Part shown: piece after piece, positions 35,560 through 49,799 of the stretch
Position numbering within the stretch: the stretch's first letter is position 1
Layout: every line of letters starts with the position of its first letter
Assembly: GCA_951406725.2 (NCBI GenBank)
Contig: OX597817.1
Span: 140,058,001 to 140,122,000, forward strand
Direction: 5' to 3'
Source: Octopus vulgaris
Taxonomy: Eukaryota
Length of the DNA stretch: 64,000 nt
Translations under genes and position numbers: made by a program
Notes under the pieces: generated by a model
What the model was told of the DNA's origin: nothing
Databases searched by the model: none
Seen by the model: the letters and a program-made list of their open reading frames with translations, nothing else

Positions 35560-36218
35560 CTAACAAAATAATATATAAAATATATGCATATTTAGATACA
35601 TATATGTACATACCTACATCTATATGTACATATACATGCATGTATAGGTACAGAACACCAAAAAAAAAAAAACGTCGAACACAATGAGAAACAAAACCAT
35701 GGAAACGGACTTTTTGCAAACAACGAAGAAAGAGAGTACAAGACATACAACACAAGGAATATTCCCCTTCTTCAGCTGCACCTGCTTCGTCTACTCCGTC
35801 TATATACTTGATGGTCTACTTCGTATATATATATGATGGTTGCTACCGTCGTTTTCGACGTATGAGTGTTTAAAGGAGAATATGTGTGTGTGTGTGTGTG
35901 CATTAGAAATACAATCAAAGCAAATCTTTCAATGTGTGTGGAAATGGAAAACATGACGTTTCGAGCCTAAGTTCGTCAAGGTATAAAACAGAGAAATGAA
36001 GAACAAAAAAAAATGTTTGTGTAAAGTTTACGAGTCATGGAAATGATTTATGGCGGAGGTGGGTAATTTGATGTGTGCGACTGCAAAAAACTGGGACTGG
36101 GAATGTGCAACGAACAAAATGTCTGTAATACATGAATGTAGTATAGAAGGTAGGATAATCGACCGGTGTGAGTATATTAGTATATTATATTATGTGAGTA
36201 TATTATATTATTCACAAG

Positions 36219-36450
36219 GGCGGCGAGCTGGCAGAATCGTTAGCACGCCGGGCGAAATGCGTAGCCGTATTTCGTCTGCCGTTACATTCTGAGTTCAAAT
36301 TCCGCCGAGGTTGACTTTGCCTTTCATCCTTTCGGGGTCGATAAATTAAGTACCAGTTACGCACTGGGGGTCGATGTAATCGACTTAATCCGTTTGTCTG
36401 TCCTTGTTTGTCCCCTCTATGTTTAGCCCCTTGTGGGTAGTAAAGAAATA
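36219..36450 (+). mobile_element. SINE family B, full-length monomer
   Basis: Homology; GTGAGTATATTA on both flanks. Confidence 0.88.
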
Positions 36451-36569
36451 AGTGAGTATATTAGTATATTTGTGCGTATGTGAGTGGAAAATTCTTGTTA
36501 TATGAGAGCGTGCGCATCTGCATATTTTGAAGGAGGGATGGAATCCCTCCCATTCATCTTCCCCGCTCC

Positions 36570-36900
36570 TTATTCCTGTGTCAGTATTCGTGGTGGGGGT
36601 GGGTAGAGTCCACAAGCACTTCCTATATAGGGTCCTATCAGAAGAATCCGACATTAGTGACTAACTGATACTATGGAGGACAATATCCAACCATCTCGTT
36701 CTTAGTCTCTCACTGGTTGGTTCCTGCTTGGTCACTCCCGAGGTCTTCTGATGGTTGGCTCGGCTTGAAGAATCTGTCTTATGATTCTTTCCTGCGACAT
36801 TCTAATCACATGCCCGTAGTACCGGGACTGTGACCTCTCAATGCGGTGATGTAGCAGTTCGACCCGGAGAGACTCCTTGATTTTCGAGATACACATCCTT
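36570..36900 (-). pseudogene. Decayed RTE-clade LINE 3' fragment
   Basis: IERSQSRYYGHVIRMSQERIIRQILQAEPT.RRPR. Confidence 0.7.
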
Positions 36901-38015
36901 TGATACTTATTTTCAGGGGGGAAGAATATTTCCAGCTGAATAATCAGAGATATAGTTGGTGGTCCTCGTACTGGAGTAGACCCAAGATAGAAAGGTGGCT
37001 TTAGAAGTGACCAGGTATGTTCAAATATCATGTAACGGATTGGAGATTCAAAGCTGTTACATAGAATATTAAATGAATTGTATCTGAACCAATCTACTGT
37101 CCTCTGCAACCCGTCTCACAACCTCCGTCCTCTGCAACCCGTCTCATCCATGTACAAAGCGTCTCATTTTATGCAAAGACTTCCTAACTCCATCTCTTTG
37201 TATAGCCTTTACTCCCGGCTTATAGACTTTCATCATCTTAAATCTCCTACCCGTCAATTATCACTCTTAAATATTTTCCTTACACACAAATTATCTCTCT
37301 TGCAACGTCACCGACATCCTATTCCCCTATCAAGGGTCAAATTAATATTCTAATAGTTTGTTTTCTTTATGTGTTGGTTTTCAACTGTACTTTGTTTTTT
37401 TTTTTTTTCTTTTTGTACTTTATATAAAATTACAACCAGTGATTATCGCTTGGTACCATGTGCAATGCATTCGCTAATTGTTTTCAAAGCCTAAGTAGTG
37501 GTGAAAATCATTGACATTCAGTTCGTCCCCACATCACTGACAGCGCAGAACATTCGCAGATTGTAAAGGATGGAAGGAAAGAGGCCTGTACAGATATCAC
37601 CCAGCTGGTACTCATTACAACTTATCCAGATTTTCAAAACGTTTGGGCGACAGAGAGCACAAAAATCCTCACTAAACAGGAAACCAATAAATTCTAAGTT
37701 GACCCCTCCACCCGACCCACGCTTCTAGTGTTCTTTTTAGCTGGATTGATTGAAACAAGGTGAATTCTTCCTCATATACAAAGGTAAAAAATCGGTTTAT
37801 CTGTGACAGTTGATTCTATCTTTCAGAAATGGTTGCTTTGAGAATCTTCTTAATAAAAGTAAGATGAATATTTATCTTCAGATGATATAACCCCGTACAC
37901 TGTAAGGTTATACCACCTAACTTAGGACGTCGGTTTGTAGTGAATCACGGGACTGATAAGGCTGGAGTCTAACCCGCTTTGCAAGGGTTTAAGTACCTAA
38001 GATAACACCACTAAC

Positions 38016-38545
38016 ATCATCATCATCATCATCATTGTTCGACCGTGGTCGAGACAATGGAATTTACCATGCTACGCCAGACTTCACGGTCCATCATAGC
38101 ATTACGGAGGTCCTGTTGCTGGATGCCTGTATCCCTGGAGATTACATCAGGGTAGGAGAGTGTGCGCCCTCTGGTATTGCGATTAGATGGCTTCCAGAGG
38201 AGAAGAGTAGAAATTGCCTCGTTTTCAGCTCTACAACAATGTCCAATAAACTGAACTCTCCTACCTTTCACAAGAGATGACACAGGTGGTAGTTTCCCAT
38301 ATATTTGCATTTTGGTTGGATGACGCTTCCACGAGAGATTTTGAGCTCTCATAAGGAGGCGAGTGTAGGTTCCATCCAACCACCTCTCAAGCTTCTCTGA
38401 TAACGTCCAGGTTTCTGAGCCATATAGTAGAATTGGTTCGACTGTAGCTTTGAAGATTTCAAGTTTGAAGTCTCTACTTAGATTTGATGACCAAATCTTA
38501 TGCATATCATTGCAGGCTGACCAGGCCATACCCTTTCTAAAGCTA
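38016..38545 (-). pseudogene. RTE-clade LINE 3' fragment with (GAT)n tail
   Basis: FKATVEPILLYGSETW..LDG.YTRLL..FIGHC..DREVWR; the stop codon is the first TGA of the tail. Confidence 0.85.
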
Positions 38546-39273
38546 TACTGACCCTCGGTCACAGGGTCAATTTTCCAACTATTACTGGAACTAATGAATG
38601 AACTGGGGCGACTTGAAATAAGATGTTTTCCTCAAGAACACAACGCCCCACCTGGTTCGAGAATCGAAACCACGAACCTCTTAGTCATGCACCTCCCTTA
38701 CTGCTGGAAGATAAATAAATAAATATGAGTCTGGTCATGACGACAATCGTTTTAATTCTTTCTCTTTCCAGATTCCACTGTTCAAAGAAGTTATTACGCA
38801 GTGTTGTTTAGCTATCAGTAAGGTGACTGCCAATTCGACTATTTCAGCTGAGACTTACATTTGCTAAGATCAGAATATAAAATTGTTATAGTGATGACCT
38901 CTTTTCATGCTGTAGATTCTATCGTTTCTGTTGCTCTCCTTAAGATATATTCTCACATCTCGACGATATTTTTGTTTATACGTAAGTGATTTCAATTCAG
39001 TAAATGATTGTCCATAAAACGCTAACAATCCTCAGATTTATTACACACATCTATCCATTGAAGCGAATGTCTCAACTTTAAAATCTTGCCGTTCTTAATT
39101 CTTGCAATTTTCTGGCAAGAATTTTACTGTTGTCTCTTCTGACTGATTTATTTCTTAATTTCAAGAACGATATTAAAGTTTCAAAATGATCATTCTTCAT
39201 CTTCGTCTTCCCATCTGTCAAACAACACCATTCCGCCTACTTATTAATCTACATACCTGTAAGTGTAATAACC

Positions 39274-39513
<240 letters not shown>

Positions 39514-40020
39514 CTACTCCATGGATCTGCAAGTGCAATGATTTATTCTGTTCGTATTGACAATATATCACACCTTAGTCCGGCACAAATAACATTCTAA
39601 TGTCTCCTATAAATTAGAATACCGTTCAGTGTTTCGATTTTCAAACAATTGGTGGCAGACGACATCAAATTATCGATTAGGAGGAGTTGAAAGATAACCA
39701 CTGTCCATCGATTCACAAATTAGTAATCTAAGCTGTATGTTTATTAACTGTCAGCCTCAAATATTCGAGAGTGTATGTTAATGGCATTCAACTACACAAT
39801 TATATGAGTAGGAATTTTAATCCAAGAAGTGCTTTATTGACGGCGCCGCAAGAGCAGAACAATGAACAGTGAAACTTCAAAGTTACTATCAACCTTTTAC
39901 TTAATTTGAATAAGTACGTAGTTCCTTGTAGGTTGTGTATATATATATATTTGTGTGTGTGTGTGTGTGTGGGGGGTATGTATGTGTGTATGTGTATGCA
40001 TGTATGTATGTATTATATTG

Positions 40021-40247
40021 ACGGTGAGCTGGCAGAAACGTTAGCACGCCGGGCGAAATGCTTAGCGGTATTTCGTCTGCGTTACGTTGTGAGTTAATTC
40101 CGCCGAGGTCGACTTTGCCTTTAAACCTTTCGGGGTCGATAAATTAAGTACCAGTTACGCACTGGGGTCGATATAATCGACTTAATACCTATGTCTGTCC
40201 TTGTTTGTCCCCTCTGTGTTTAGCCCCTTGTGGGTAATAAGGAAATA
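40021..40247 (+). mobile_element. SINE family B monomer
   Basis: Homology to 20462-20690. Confidence 0.85.
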
Positions 40248-40279
40248 TGTATGTATGTATATATGTATGCAGGTATAGG

Positions 40280-40440
40280 TGTAGGAACAACAAGCAAGTG
40301 TATTTGTTTGACGCTCGTGGAAAAATGGAAAAGTCTTTTACGTTTCGAGCTTACGCTCTTTGACAGAAAGTAATAAGAGGAAATAAATAGAAAAAGAATT
40401 AAAAAAAAGCGTATTGAGTTCAGTGGTCCAACATGGCGAT
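40280..40440 (-). mobile_element. Penelope-like pseudo-LTR remnant related to 5991-6240
   Basis: Minus strand CTTT-CTGTCAAA-GAGC(GTAA)GCTC-GAAACGTA-AAAG at 40333-40370. Confidence 0.6.
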
Positions 40441-40454
40441 AGACGTATAGAGAG

Positions 40455-40491
<37 letters not shown>

Positions 40492-41320
40492 AAGAGACAG
40501 AGAGATGGATAGATAGATAGATAAATACGTAGATATGTCGATATATATATGTATATATATAGATGTTACATAATCATTTTGCTCATCCCTGCTTACCAAC
40601 TTGTTAAATGATTTATCACCCGTATGTTGTTGAAATCGGTGTAAACTGTGGAATAAGTGTATTACTAGGAAGTCTATTTTTCACTTATTTTACATTTCGC
40701 GAATAAAAATAACTTCCTGAATTGTGTGAAGCAAATTCATTTTTTAAGTCTGTTATTTGGGGAAAACAATTTTTCTTTTTATCTAATAAGGATTCTAATG
40801 CTCCTTGTGCTTCATTGTGGTGGAATAATTAACTGCGTGTCATATGACTCACCTTATTTGCTGTCTTATGTAGAAACAAAATTAAAACTATTCAAGTCTG
40901 TAGTTTTTTTTTTTCCTAACACTTTTCTATTCTATAGTGTTGTTACCTTTCATATTTTATCAATATTGATATTCAATACGTTATTTTAAATAACTCAAAT
41001 AATCCAGACTTAGCTGAAACAAATTCAACAGTTTATTGATATTGATAAATTGCAATGACGAATTCATTCTGTGTGTAAACCAATTCTCTGCTTTAGTCAG
41101 CGCTGATTTCTAAAGGAAGACATTCAAAGCACTGTTTTTCAATGTTAATAGGATCGAGTTTTGTTTGCTTGAGTAAAGATGGATAATCAGTTAATGATGA
41201 TAACAAAACTCCACCAGTTCTTCACAACTGTCACATTCCAGCTTGATCGTTTCGTAATAACGTTATTGCTATCATTATTGTCGAAAAATGAAAAGAAATA
41301 CCCCTCCTTTTCTTCCTTCC

Positions 41321-41416
<96 letters not shown>
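41321..41416. repeat. (CAT)n microsatellite
   Basis: Direct reading. Confidence 0.95.
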
Positions 41417-42135
41417 TAGTGTCCAGGAGCTTTATATTTACTGCATATCGCAACGGAGCACATCTCTGATGTTTAGTTTCGGCAGCGTTGTATCTTTGTT
41501 GTGTTTATGTCAAAGTCCTGACAGTTTTGGTTCTGTATTTTTTCTGTATCTTTATTTTTAAGTAAATTTTTCTTTTTGCTTCTCTGTTTTTCTCACGACT
41601 TGTCTAGTCTTTGTTTTATTTTGCTTGGTTTCCTTGACAACAGAATATAACACACACCAATTTTTTGCGTGTCATATTTTGTTCGTGTGTTATATTAATT
41701 TTCATTTTGTCTCTACCAGATATTTTTGTAGTCCAACACTTGATATTTTATAATCATTTTCTAATTACAGAATGCATCTGCTTCTCACTATTTCTGGTAA
41801 ATATAATTTTTGAGTAATCTTTTGTACGGTGACTTCTAAATCTTGTTGAACTATAAATCTGTTATAGCAACAACGATAGTATTAATGCCTATTACCATTT
41901 TCACGTTGTATTTATCTCTGTATTAAGCTCATTATTCTAATTAAATTATTAATCAAATACGTATTTGTATAAGTGTTGTAGTCTGTCGACTAAATTAATT
42001 CTTAGATATTTGTAAGTCTATGTTTGATCTCATTGTTTGATATATATTTCTTTATCTCACATGATGTCAACAGATTTCATTAATTTTCTTCTCTTCAAGG
42101 TTACCTTGGCGTAGTTTTCGTAACCAACCTTCTTG

Positions 42136-42440
42136 GTAGAGGCACATGGCCTAGTGGTTAGAGCAGCGGACTCGGGGTCGAAGAATCGCGGGTTCGAATC
42201 TCAGACCGGACGATGCGTGTGTTTATGAGCGAAACACCTAAGCTCCACGCGGCTCCAGCAGAAGGTAATGGCGAACTTCTGCTGACTCTTTCGCCACAAC
42301 TTTCTCTCACTCTTTCCTTCTGCATCTTGCAGCTCACCTGCGACGGACCGGCGTCCCGTCCAGGTGGGGAACCTATACGCTAAGGAAACCGGGAAACCGG
42401 CCCTTATGAGCCAGGCATGGCTCGAGAAGGAACAAAAACA
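42136..42440 (+). mobile_element. tRNA-derived SINE, family A relative, tail type 2
   Basis: A box TGGCCTAGTGG, B box GGTTCGAATC; tail CCTGCGACGGACCGGCGTCCCGTCCAGG..GGAAACCGGG resembling MetaSINE/V-SINE domains. Confidence 0.8.
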
Positions 42441-42469
42441 AAAAAAAAAAGAACCTTCTTGTCAATTTC

Positions 42470-42660
42470 TCTACCGCATTCGTACATAGTGTTTTTACTA
42501 TTTTATCATCTACAATACATAATTGTAAGTAATCCACATACAAAACAATATTAATTACCCTCCCATACAATTTATGACCGATCCTGGTTAACGGTTTTAG
42601 CTCTAAACCGAAAAGGCGTGGCGAGAGGGAGTCTCCCTGCAATAGGAAAAGTAAATGTTT
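42470..42660 (-). pseudogene. Very decayed R4/Dong RT remnant
   Basis: LQGDSLSPRLF..KPL..INIVLYVDYL. Confidence 0.55.
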
Positions 42661-44266
42661 CTTTCTCTTTGTTCTTTTCTCTTGCTTGTATCTGCTGAAG
42701 TGTTTTACCATTCATCCATAACGTGTTTAATGTATATGTCTATATGTATATGTCTACCCATGGCAAATATTTCCAAAATCAACAAGTGTGAAACAGTAAT
42801 CAAAAGTCTTCTGGTAATTAGTCCCTGCCATCCTCAGAATCTTCTTTCTTCTTCTACAGTCTTCGGTTATATTTTTGTTGGTTAATAATTAATATTAACA
42901 TATCACGCCCCTTCGTTATATCCATTGTATTTCATTGAAATTCAGTCGTTTTGTAGGTGACGATGTATTTTTTAATGATATTATTACAGTTGGCCCTGTA
43001 TACAATTGACAAGCAGGTTGTAGATTCCGAGCATCTTTCTGGTGCTGATGTTTTGTAGAATTGGCAATTTATCCTATGCTAAAATATTTATGAGCATTCA
43101 ATTGTCCGATCAAATAGACGACCTGTTCATTCGATTAGATGGCAGTGGTTAGGTATTCCGCAATTTCTATTTGTCCTATTTCATCAGCCAGTCTTTAGGA
43201 AAGGCAGACACACAAGTTGCCACGTGCCAGAATCGAACCTAGGATCTCATAGTTGCAAACATCTTAATCATTTGGTCATAATTCCATCTATACATATACG
43301 TACACCCATTCATATTTATATCTCTATCCTTATCTACCTATCTATCTGTCTGTCTGCCTGTCTGTGATAAAACTAATAATAAGCTTTTATAAAGTATTTA
43401 GAAGGATAATATTAATGGAAACCATAAAGAAACCCATTATAGTTTTTAGGGCTCATTCATTTAAAACGATAGGTTAATAACAATAAGATAAAAGCAGATA
43501 TAATAGTACGTCCTCCCTTTACTACGTGCTATTACAACATTCATAGACAATATGAAGAATACTAAGAATAGATGTAATTGTAGGACGACAGTCAATGTCC
43601 ACTTAGGAGACACTGTCTTAGGAAATGTGGTATACTGATGTAATGTCACTACACAATAAAATTAGGCTATGTTCTGGATCTACGTCCAACAACTTTCAGT
43701 TAAGTTATTTCTCGCACAAATACTCCTTCTCTAATCCCAAATTGAACCATTCGATATCATTCTCAGAATACCTTTATCTATACACAGCCAATTTATGTGT
43801 ATAGCTATAGTATTTTAAATGTGTTATACACAACTATTTTGCGAATTCTATATCAAGACAGAAGGCAGGAAAAATTTTGTACATACCGAATTTTTTTCAC
43901 TTTTCTGTTTTGATGTGTGTATGTGTGTGAAATTGTTTGTATATGCATGTGTACGTGTGCGTGAAAGAGAGATTGTTTTTATGCGTATGTGAGAGAGGGA
44001 TTGTTTGATTGTATGTGTGTTTGTGTGCGTGTGTCTGTTTGCGTATGCGTGTGCTAATATTTATCACCGCTTGAAAACCGATGCTGGTTTGTTTATGTCG
44101 ACGTAACTTAACGGCTCAGTAAAATAACCGATATAGTAAGTACTCGCCTTAAAGAATTAAATACTACTTTGAAATAGGACACTAGCAAATACACCCTGAC
44201 AGAGCATGGTCAGTGAAAACCCCTGATTTAAATGGTAATTGAAAGATTACTGATGGTGCATTTATT

Positions 44267-44680
44267 CAGTACCTCGTTATTTACGAGGAAAGCAGTATTA
44301 GTCCAAATTAGCAATCTATATATCATACTTAAAGCATATATTATGTTGAACACTTTCTATTTGGTCTCGAGAAAGTATCGCTTATGAACATACAATACAA
44401 AAATATAGCGAAATATTTTAGCAGCAGACAAAATACGTGGAGCAGTGACGATGGAATTTTTAACTCAGAGGCAGGAATCTGGATATAACAATTACACCGC
44501 CACTGTTGGATGAATTTCGTCTACTGCCATAATATTTCGGTATATTTCTGTATTGTACGATCATAAGCGATGCTTTATCGAGATGAATACCTCACTAGAA
44601 AGCTTTCAACAGCATATATGCTTTAAGCATGATATATTGGTTGCTAATTTGAACTAATACTGTCTACGTCACAAGTAACT
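44267..44680. mobile_element. Decayed MITE
   Basis: ~58-bp imperfect inverted repeat 44293-44350 / 44605-44662; left end CAGTACCTCG resembles pogo/Tigger termini. Confidence 0.55.
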
Positions 44681-44690
44681 AATATATATA

Positions 44691-44749
<59 letters not shown>

Positions 44750-45534
44750 AAACATGCATATATATATGTGTATATACGTACATGCATGTATATACGTGTA
44801 TGTGTGCGCACATCCAATTACATTAAGTATGCCGTACTATTCGCGAAGGTCAGCCTCACACACCTAACGTAAGTTCATGTGTACATGCCAAAAACAAGTG
44901 TGTAGACCTGAGTGAAACATGCTCAGACAGACGTTAATTTAATTTCCTCACCTCAGTAGGATACGAAGGCAGGTAGCGGCGAACGGGAGCGAATGAATAA
45001 TGAATGCTCTTCTGTCTGAATTTAATGACAACAGTGGAGACACCGAACTGGCTTAGTAACATTAAACATGCACTGATTACAATAGACCAAGGGAATCATC
45101 AGGTTTATGGAATTAGTAATTGTAATCAGCTGGCTATGAATTACACATCCACACATACAACCGCACACACCAACAACCTACTTTATAGTATACATAATAT
45201 ACGCACACGCAGTCATGTATACATACATGCGTTCGTATTCATGTGCGCGTGTATATATATTTGTGTACGGACACATGCACTTGCATGTAATATACAATGC
45301 AATGTAAGAGTTATCTTTCTTGTATCATTTATCTTTTACTTGTTTCAGTCATTTTACTGCGGCCATACTGGGGCACCACTCTGGATGATTTAGTCGAAAG
45401 AAATTCGACTCCAGAACTTTTTTTAAAGCCTAGTACTTATTGTATCGGTCACTTTTGTATGTATGTATGTATGTATGTATGTATGTATGTATGTATGTAT
45501 GTATGTATATATGTATGTATGTATGTATGTAAAA

Positions 45535-45710
45535 GTACATGAAGCCCAGTTACAACTACAGCCGGCTATTACCAGTAAAGGTCTTAGTTGCCAATTTTGT
45601 ACAAGACATTGTAGATCTTTAGCTGGGCTAAAAAGTCACATTCGATCACAGCACCAGTAACAGTTAAGCTTAGTGCAATGGCCATACTCGATAACGAGGG
45701 GGCAGCCATA
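45535..45710 (+). pseudogene. RTE/BovB-like LINE 3' tip with C2H2 zinc finger
   Basis: CQFCTRHCRSLAGLKSHIRSQH* followed by GGCCATACTCGATAACGAGGG..GCC; (ATGT)n on both sides. Confidence 0.6.
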
Positions 45711-46021
45711 ATGTATGTACGTATGTATGTATGTATGTATGTATGTATGTATGTGTGTGTATGTATGTATGTATGTATGTATGTATGTATGTATGTATGT
45801 ATGTATGTATGTATGTATTTATGTATGTATTTATGTATGTATGTATGTATGTATGTATCTATCTATATATATACACACAAAATTAAGAGGAATAATTTTC
45901 TATGTAACACAATTTTTAACCTTCGGATTTTTTAAATATGCTAAGACACTGGTTATAATTGATTAATATCAATTTCTAGCCTTATCATTTAATATTACAC
46001 ACACACACGCACACACATATA

Positions 46022-46098
<77 letters not shown>

Positions 46099-46228
46099 CA
46101 TATATATACACATACATATATATACATATATATATATACACATATACATACATATATATATAAATATATGTATATTCATATATATATATGTGTATGTAGA
46201 TATGTGTGTGTATAAATATATATATATA

Positions 46229-46328
<100 letters not shown>

Positions 46329-46769
46329 TAGATATATGATTAAAATAAAGAGCAGTTTACAATGTTTCACCAAAATTCAGAATTATAATTGGCACTAAAT
46401 GCGACATTGGCTAATAAATACGGTGATGCAACGCAAATTCATCGGAAGGGTTTGACGCAGATCTGTTCAGGCCGTTTGCAAGTATGATGCGGAGCGAACG
46501 TTGATGTGTTGTAAGCAACAGCTTCAAAGCAAAGGAAATAGAGAGAAGAGAGCATAATTCGAGCCAATGTACTCAACAAGGACAGATGACGAGATGGGAG
46601 GAACATTTTGTTGAAAGGAAAATAAGTTGGAATGAGATATGGAGGTGGACCACATCTCGCCTACAAATCTAGTAAGATGGAACGCCTCAGAAAATGATAT
46701 ATATATATCGATGCGGAAAAGTCGAAACTAGTATAAGAATAAAAAATATACAAGGATATACACACACGC

Positions 46770-46849
<80 letters not shown>

Positions 46850-46851
46850 GT

Positions 46852-48560
46852 ATGGTTAGTGAGAGCTGTGCGTGCCATGTACAGGGACGCTGTTAGTAAG
46901 GTGAGGGTTGGCAACGAGTACAACGAAGAATTCCGGGTGGAGGTTGGGGTCCACCAAGGCTCAGTCCTCAGTCCCCTCCTATTTATCATAGTCCTCCAGG
47001 CAATAACGGAGGAATTCAAGACAGGATGCCCCTGGGAGCTCCTCTATACTGATGACCTTGCTCTAATTGCTGAATCACTATCAGAACTCGAGAAGTTTCA
47101 GGCGTGGAAGCAAGGATTAGAATCGAAGGGTCTTAGAGTCAATCTAGCTAAAACCAAAGTCCTAATAAGTAGGAAGGTAGACAAATCTCAAACGCCTTCA
47201 GGTAGATGGCCCTGCTCGATCTGTAGAAAAGGCGTAGGTAGGAACTCTATAAGATGCACCAAGTGTAAGCTATTGACACATAAGAGGTGCAGCAATGTCA
47301 AAGGAAGGCTAACTGGGAAGATAGTTTTTGTAGGTGGCAGATGCTCTGGTGCAATAAACACTGAAAATGCGCAGAGACCATCTTCCGCCACATTCCAGGG
47401 AGAAAAACTTGAAATAGTTGATAGTGACCGTTACCAAGGTGACCAAGTTAGTAGCGGGGGTGGGTGTGCCGAAAGTGTAACTGCTAGAGTAAGAATAGCC
47501 TGGACAAAGTTCAGAGAGCTCTTACCTCTGCTGGTGACAAAAGGCCTCTCGCTCAGAGTAAAAGGCAGACTGTATGACGCATGTGTGCGAACAGCCATGC
47601 TACATGGCAGTGAAATATGGGCCGTGACTGCTGAGGATATGCGTAAGCTCGCAAAAAATGAAGCCAGTATGCTCCGTTGGATGTGTAATGTCAGTGTTCA
47701 TACTCAACAGAGTGTAAGTGCCTTGAGAGAAAAGTTGGACCTAAGAAGCATCAGATGTGGTGTGCAAGAGAGGCGTCTACGCTGGTATGGACACGTAGTA
47801 AGAATGGATGAAGATAGTTGTGTGAAAAAATGCCACACCCTAGCGGTTGAGGGAACCTGTGGAAGAAGTAGACCCAGGAAAACCTGGGACGAGGTGGTGA
47901 AGAACGACCTTCGAACTTTAGGTCTCACCGAGGAAATGAGCAGAGACCGAGACCTTTGGAAGTATGCTGTGCGTGAGAAGACCCGGCAGGACAAGTGAGG
48001 CCATAACCCATGGCCCCTACCTGGGACGTAGTCAGTCCACCTGTGCATACCTTCCTTATTGGGACACATAACTCTACTTGTGAAGACCTGTTGAGGCAAG
48101 TGAAAATCAAAAATCAAAGAATCAAATCAAAATCGAAATCGATCAACATCAATGGAATTTGTAGTTTTGTGGTACCAGTGCCGGTGGCACATAAGAAGAC
48201 CATCCGAACGTGGCCGTAGCCAGTACCGCATCGACTGGCCTCCGTGCTCGTGGCACGTAACAAACACCATCCGATAGTAGCCGTGCCAGCCTCGCCTGGC
48301 CTCCGTGCCGGTGGCACGTAAAAAACACCATCCGAGCATGGCCGTTCGCCAGCCTCGTCTGGCACCTGTGTCGGTGGCACATAAAAAGCACCCACTACAC
48401 TCACGGAGTGGTTGGCGTTAGGAAGGGCATCCAGCTGTAGAAACACTGCCAGATCTGACTGGCCTGGTGCAGCCTTCGAGCTTCCCAGGCCCCAGTTGAA
48501 GCGTCCAACCCATGCTAGCATGGAAAGCGGACGTTAAACGATGATGATGATGATGATGAT
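46852..48560 (+). mobile_element. 5'-truncated RTE-clade LINE (RT with inserted Cys-rich finger; long 3' UTR; (GAT)n tail)
   Basis: GVHQGSVLSPLLF, YTDD, GLRVNLAKTK, RLRWYGHV, RPRKTW; stop at 47998; tail 48540-48560. Confidence 0.92.
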
Positions 48561-48568
48561 ATATATAT

Positions 48569-48630
<62 letters not shown>

Positions 48631-48891
48631 GTGTGTGTGTAAGTGTGTGTAGACAGAGACTTCGAAATCTCTGTCAACCATTTCTTTCTAAAAGGTGATA
48701 CTGCCACGCACCTATTCTATCGGTGTAGGAGAGATTATATTGAATTTCTGCATAGTTTGAAATCTCAACCGAGTTATTAAAATGTAAATTGTAAAAAGGC
48801 TACACCCCTATGCATGCATGTATGTATTTATGTATTTATTTATATATATATGCATGCATGTGTGTATTTATGTATTTGTATGCATATATAT

Positions 48892-49198
48892 ACTTTGATA
48901 GCTATGATAGGTTTCGGCTAGTATAGCTTCAGGCCATGTCTAGCTCAATAGTACCACCTGGTGAAGTCTTTTAGTCATATATGGAGCACCATGGCCCACC
49001 CTAGCAAAGAGTTATTATTGTTGGAGACATATCCGGGTGTAGGAGGTTGGTCCGGGATTTTTTGAAGAAATTTGTCCAGTGAACATTTGAATTTTATGGG
49101 ATCTGTTTCCGTTCTGACGTATTTTGGTATTAAAGAGAGCTGGACCGGTTGAGGTAAAGTAGTTGTGATATAATGTTGCTATGTGTACCGAGTTCGAT
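48892..49198 (-). mobile_element. CR1/L2-group LINE 3' fragment
   Basis: Minus strand YFTSTGPALFN / FKCSLDKFLQKIPDQPPTPGY..NSLLGW*. Confidence 0.8.
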
Positions 49199-49203
49199 TT
49201 TTA

Positions 49204-49237
<34 letters not shown>

Positions 49238-49618
49238 CATACATACATGCATACATACATACATACATGTATATATATAGTATCTGTTTCGTTTTTTGTG
49301 TCTGGAAAAAAGAGAACTTTGTACCACAGATGAGAATAATAAGATATTTTATCTCAGTCGAGTTGGTTTCTTGGTATCCTGAGTTTCACCTGTCGGCACA
49401 GAGTGTCTTGTATCATGCCTGCTGCTCCTTTTATCTGGACAAACTCCTCCTCTTCCTCCTCCTCCTCCTCCTCATCATCATCATCATCGTTATCATCAAC
49501 GACGACAACGGCAGCAGCTGTAACTTTCCTAGCAGCACAAACGTCACCGTTCTGTTGAACAGATCGTTGTACATTGCCTAAAATTACAATTTCTCTCCCT
49601 TTCAGAGAATGTGTGTGT

Positions 49619-49681
<63 letters not shown>

Positions 49682-49799
49682 TGTGCGTGTGTGTGCTTTG
49701 GTGTGTGTGTGTGTGTGTAAAAGAATAGAAGACAAAGAAACGAAAGGAAAAAAAGGATACTGGATTGATTTGTTATCGATTTTTGCTGATTTCTTATTG

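Noticed and set aside
35953-35982. Degenerate hammerhead-like motif (minus, TTGACGA..GCTCGAAACGTCA)
   Set aside because: Helix II and helix I too damaged to support a call; probably another Penelope-like remnant
42136-42210. Possible tRNA gene
   Set aside because: A and B boxes present but no complete acceptor stem and it continues into a SINE body
46685-46740. GTCGAAACTAGTA with palindromic ACTAGT
   Set aside because: Upstream core CAGAAAA is non-canonical and helix I is not evident
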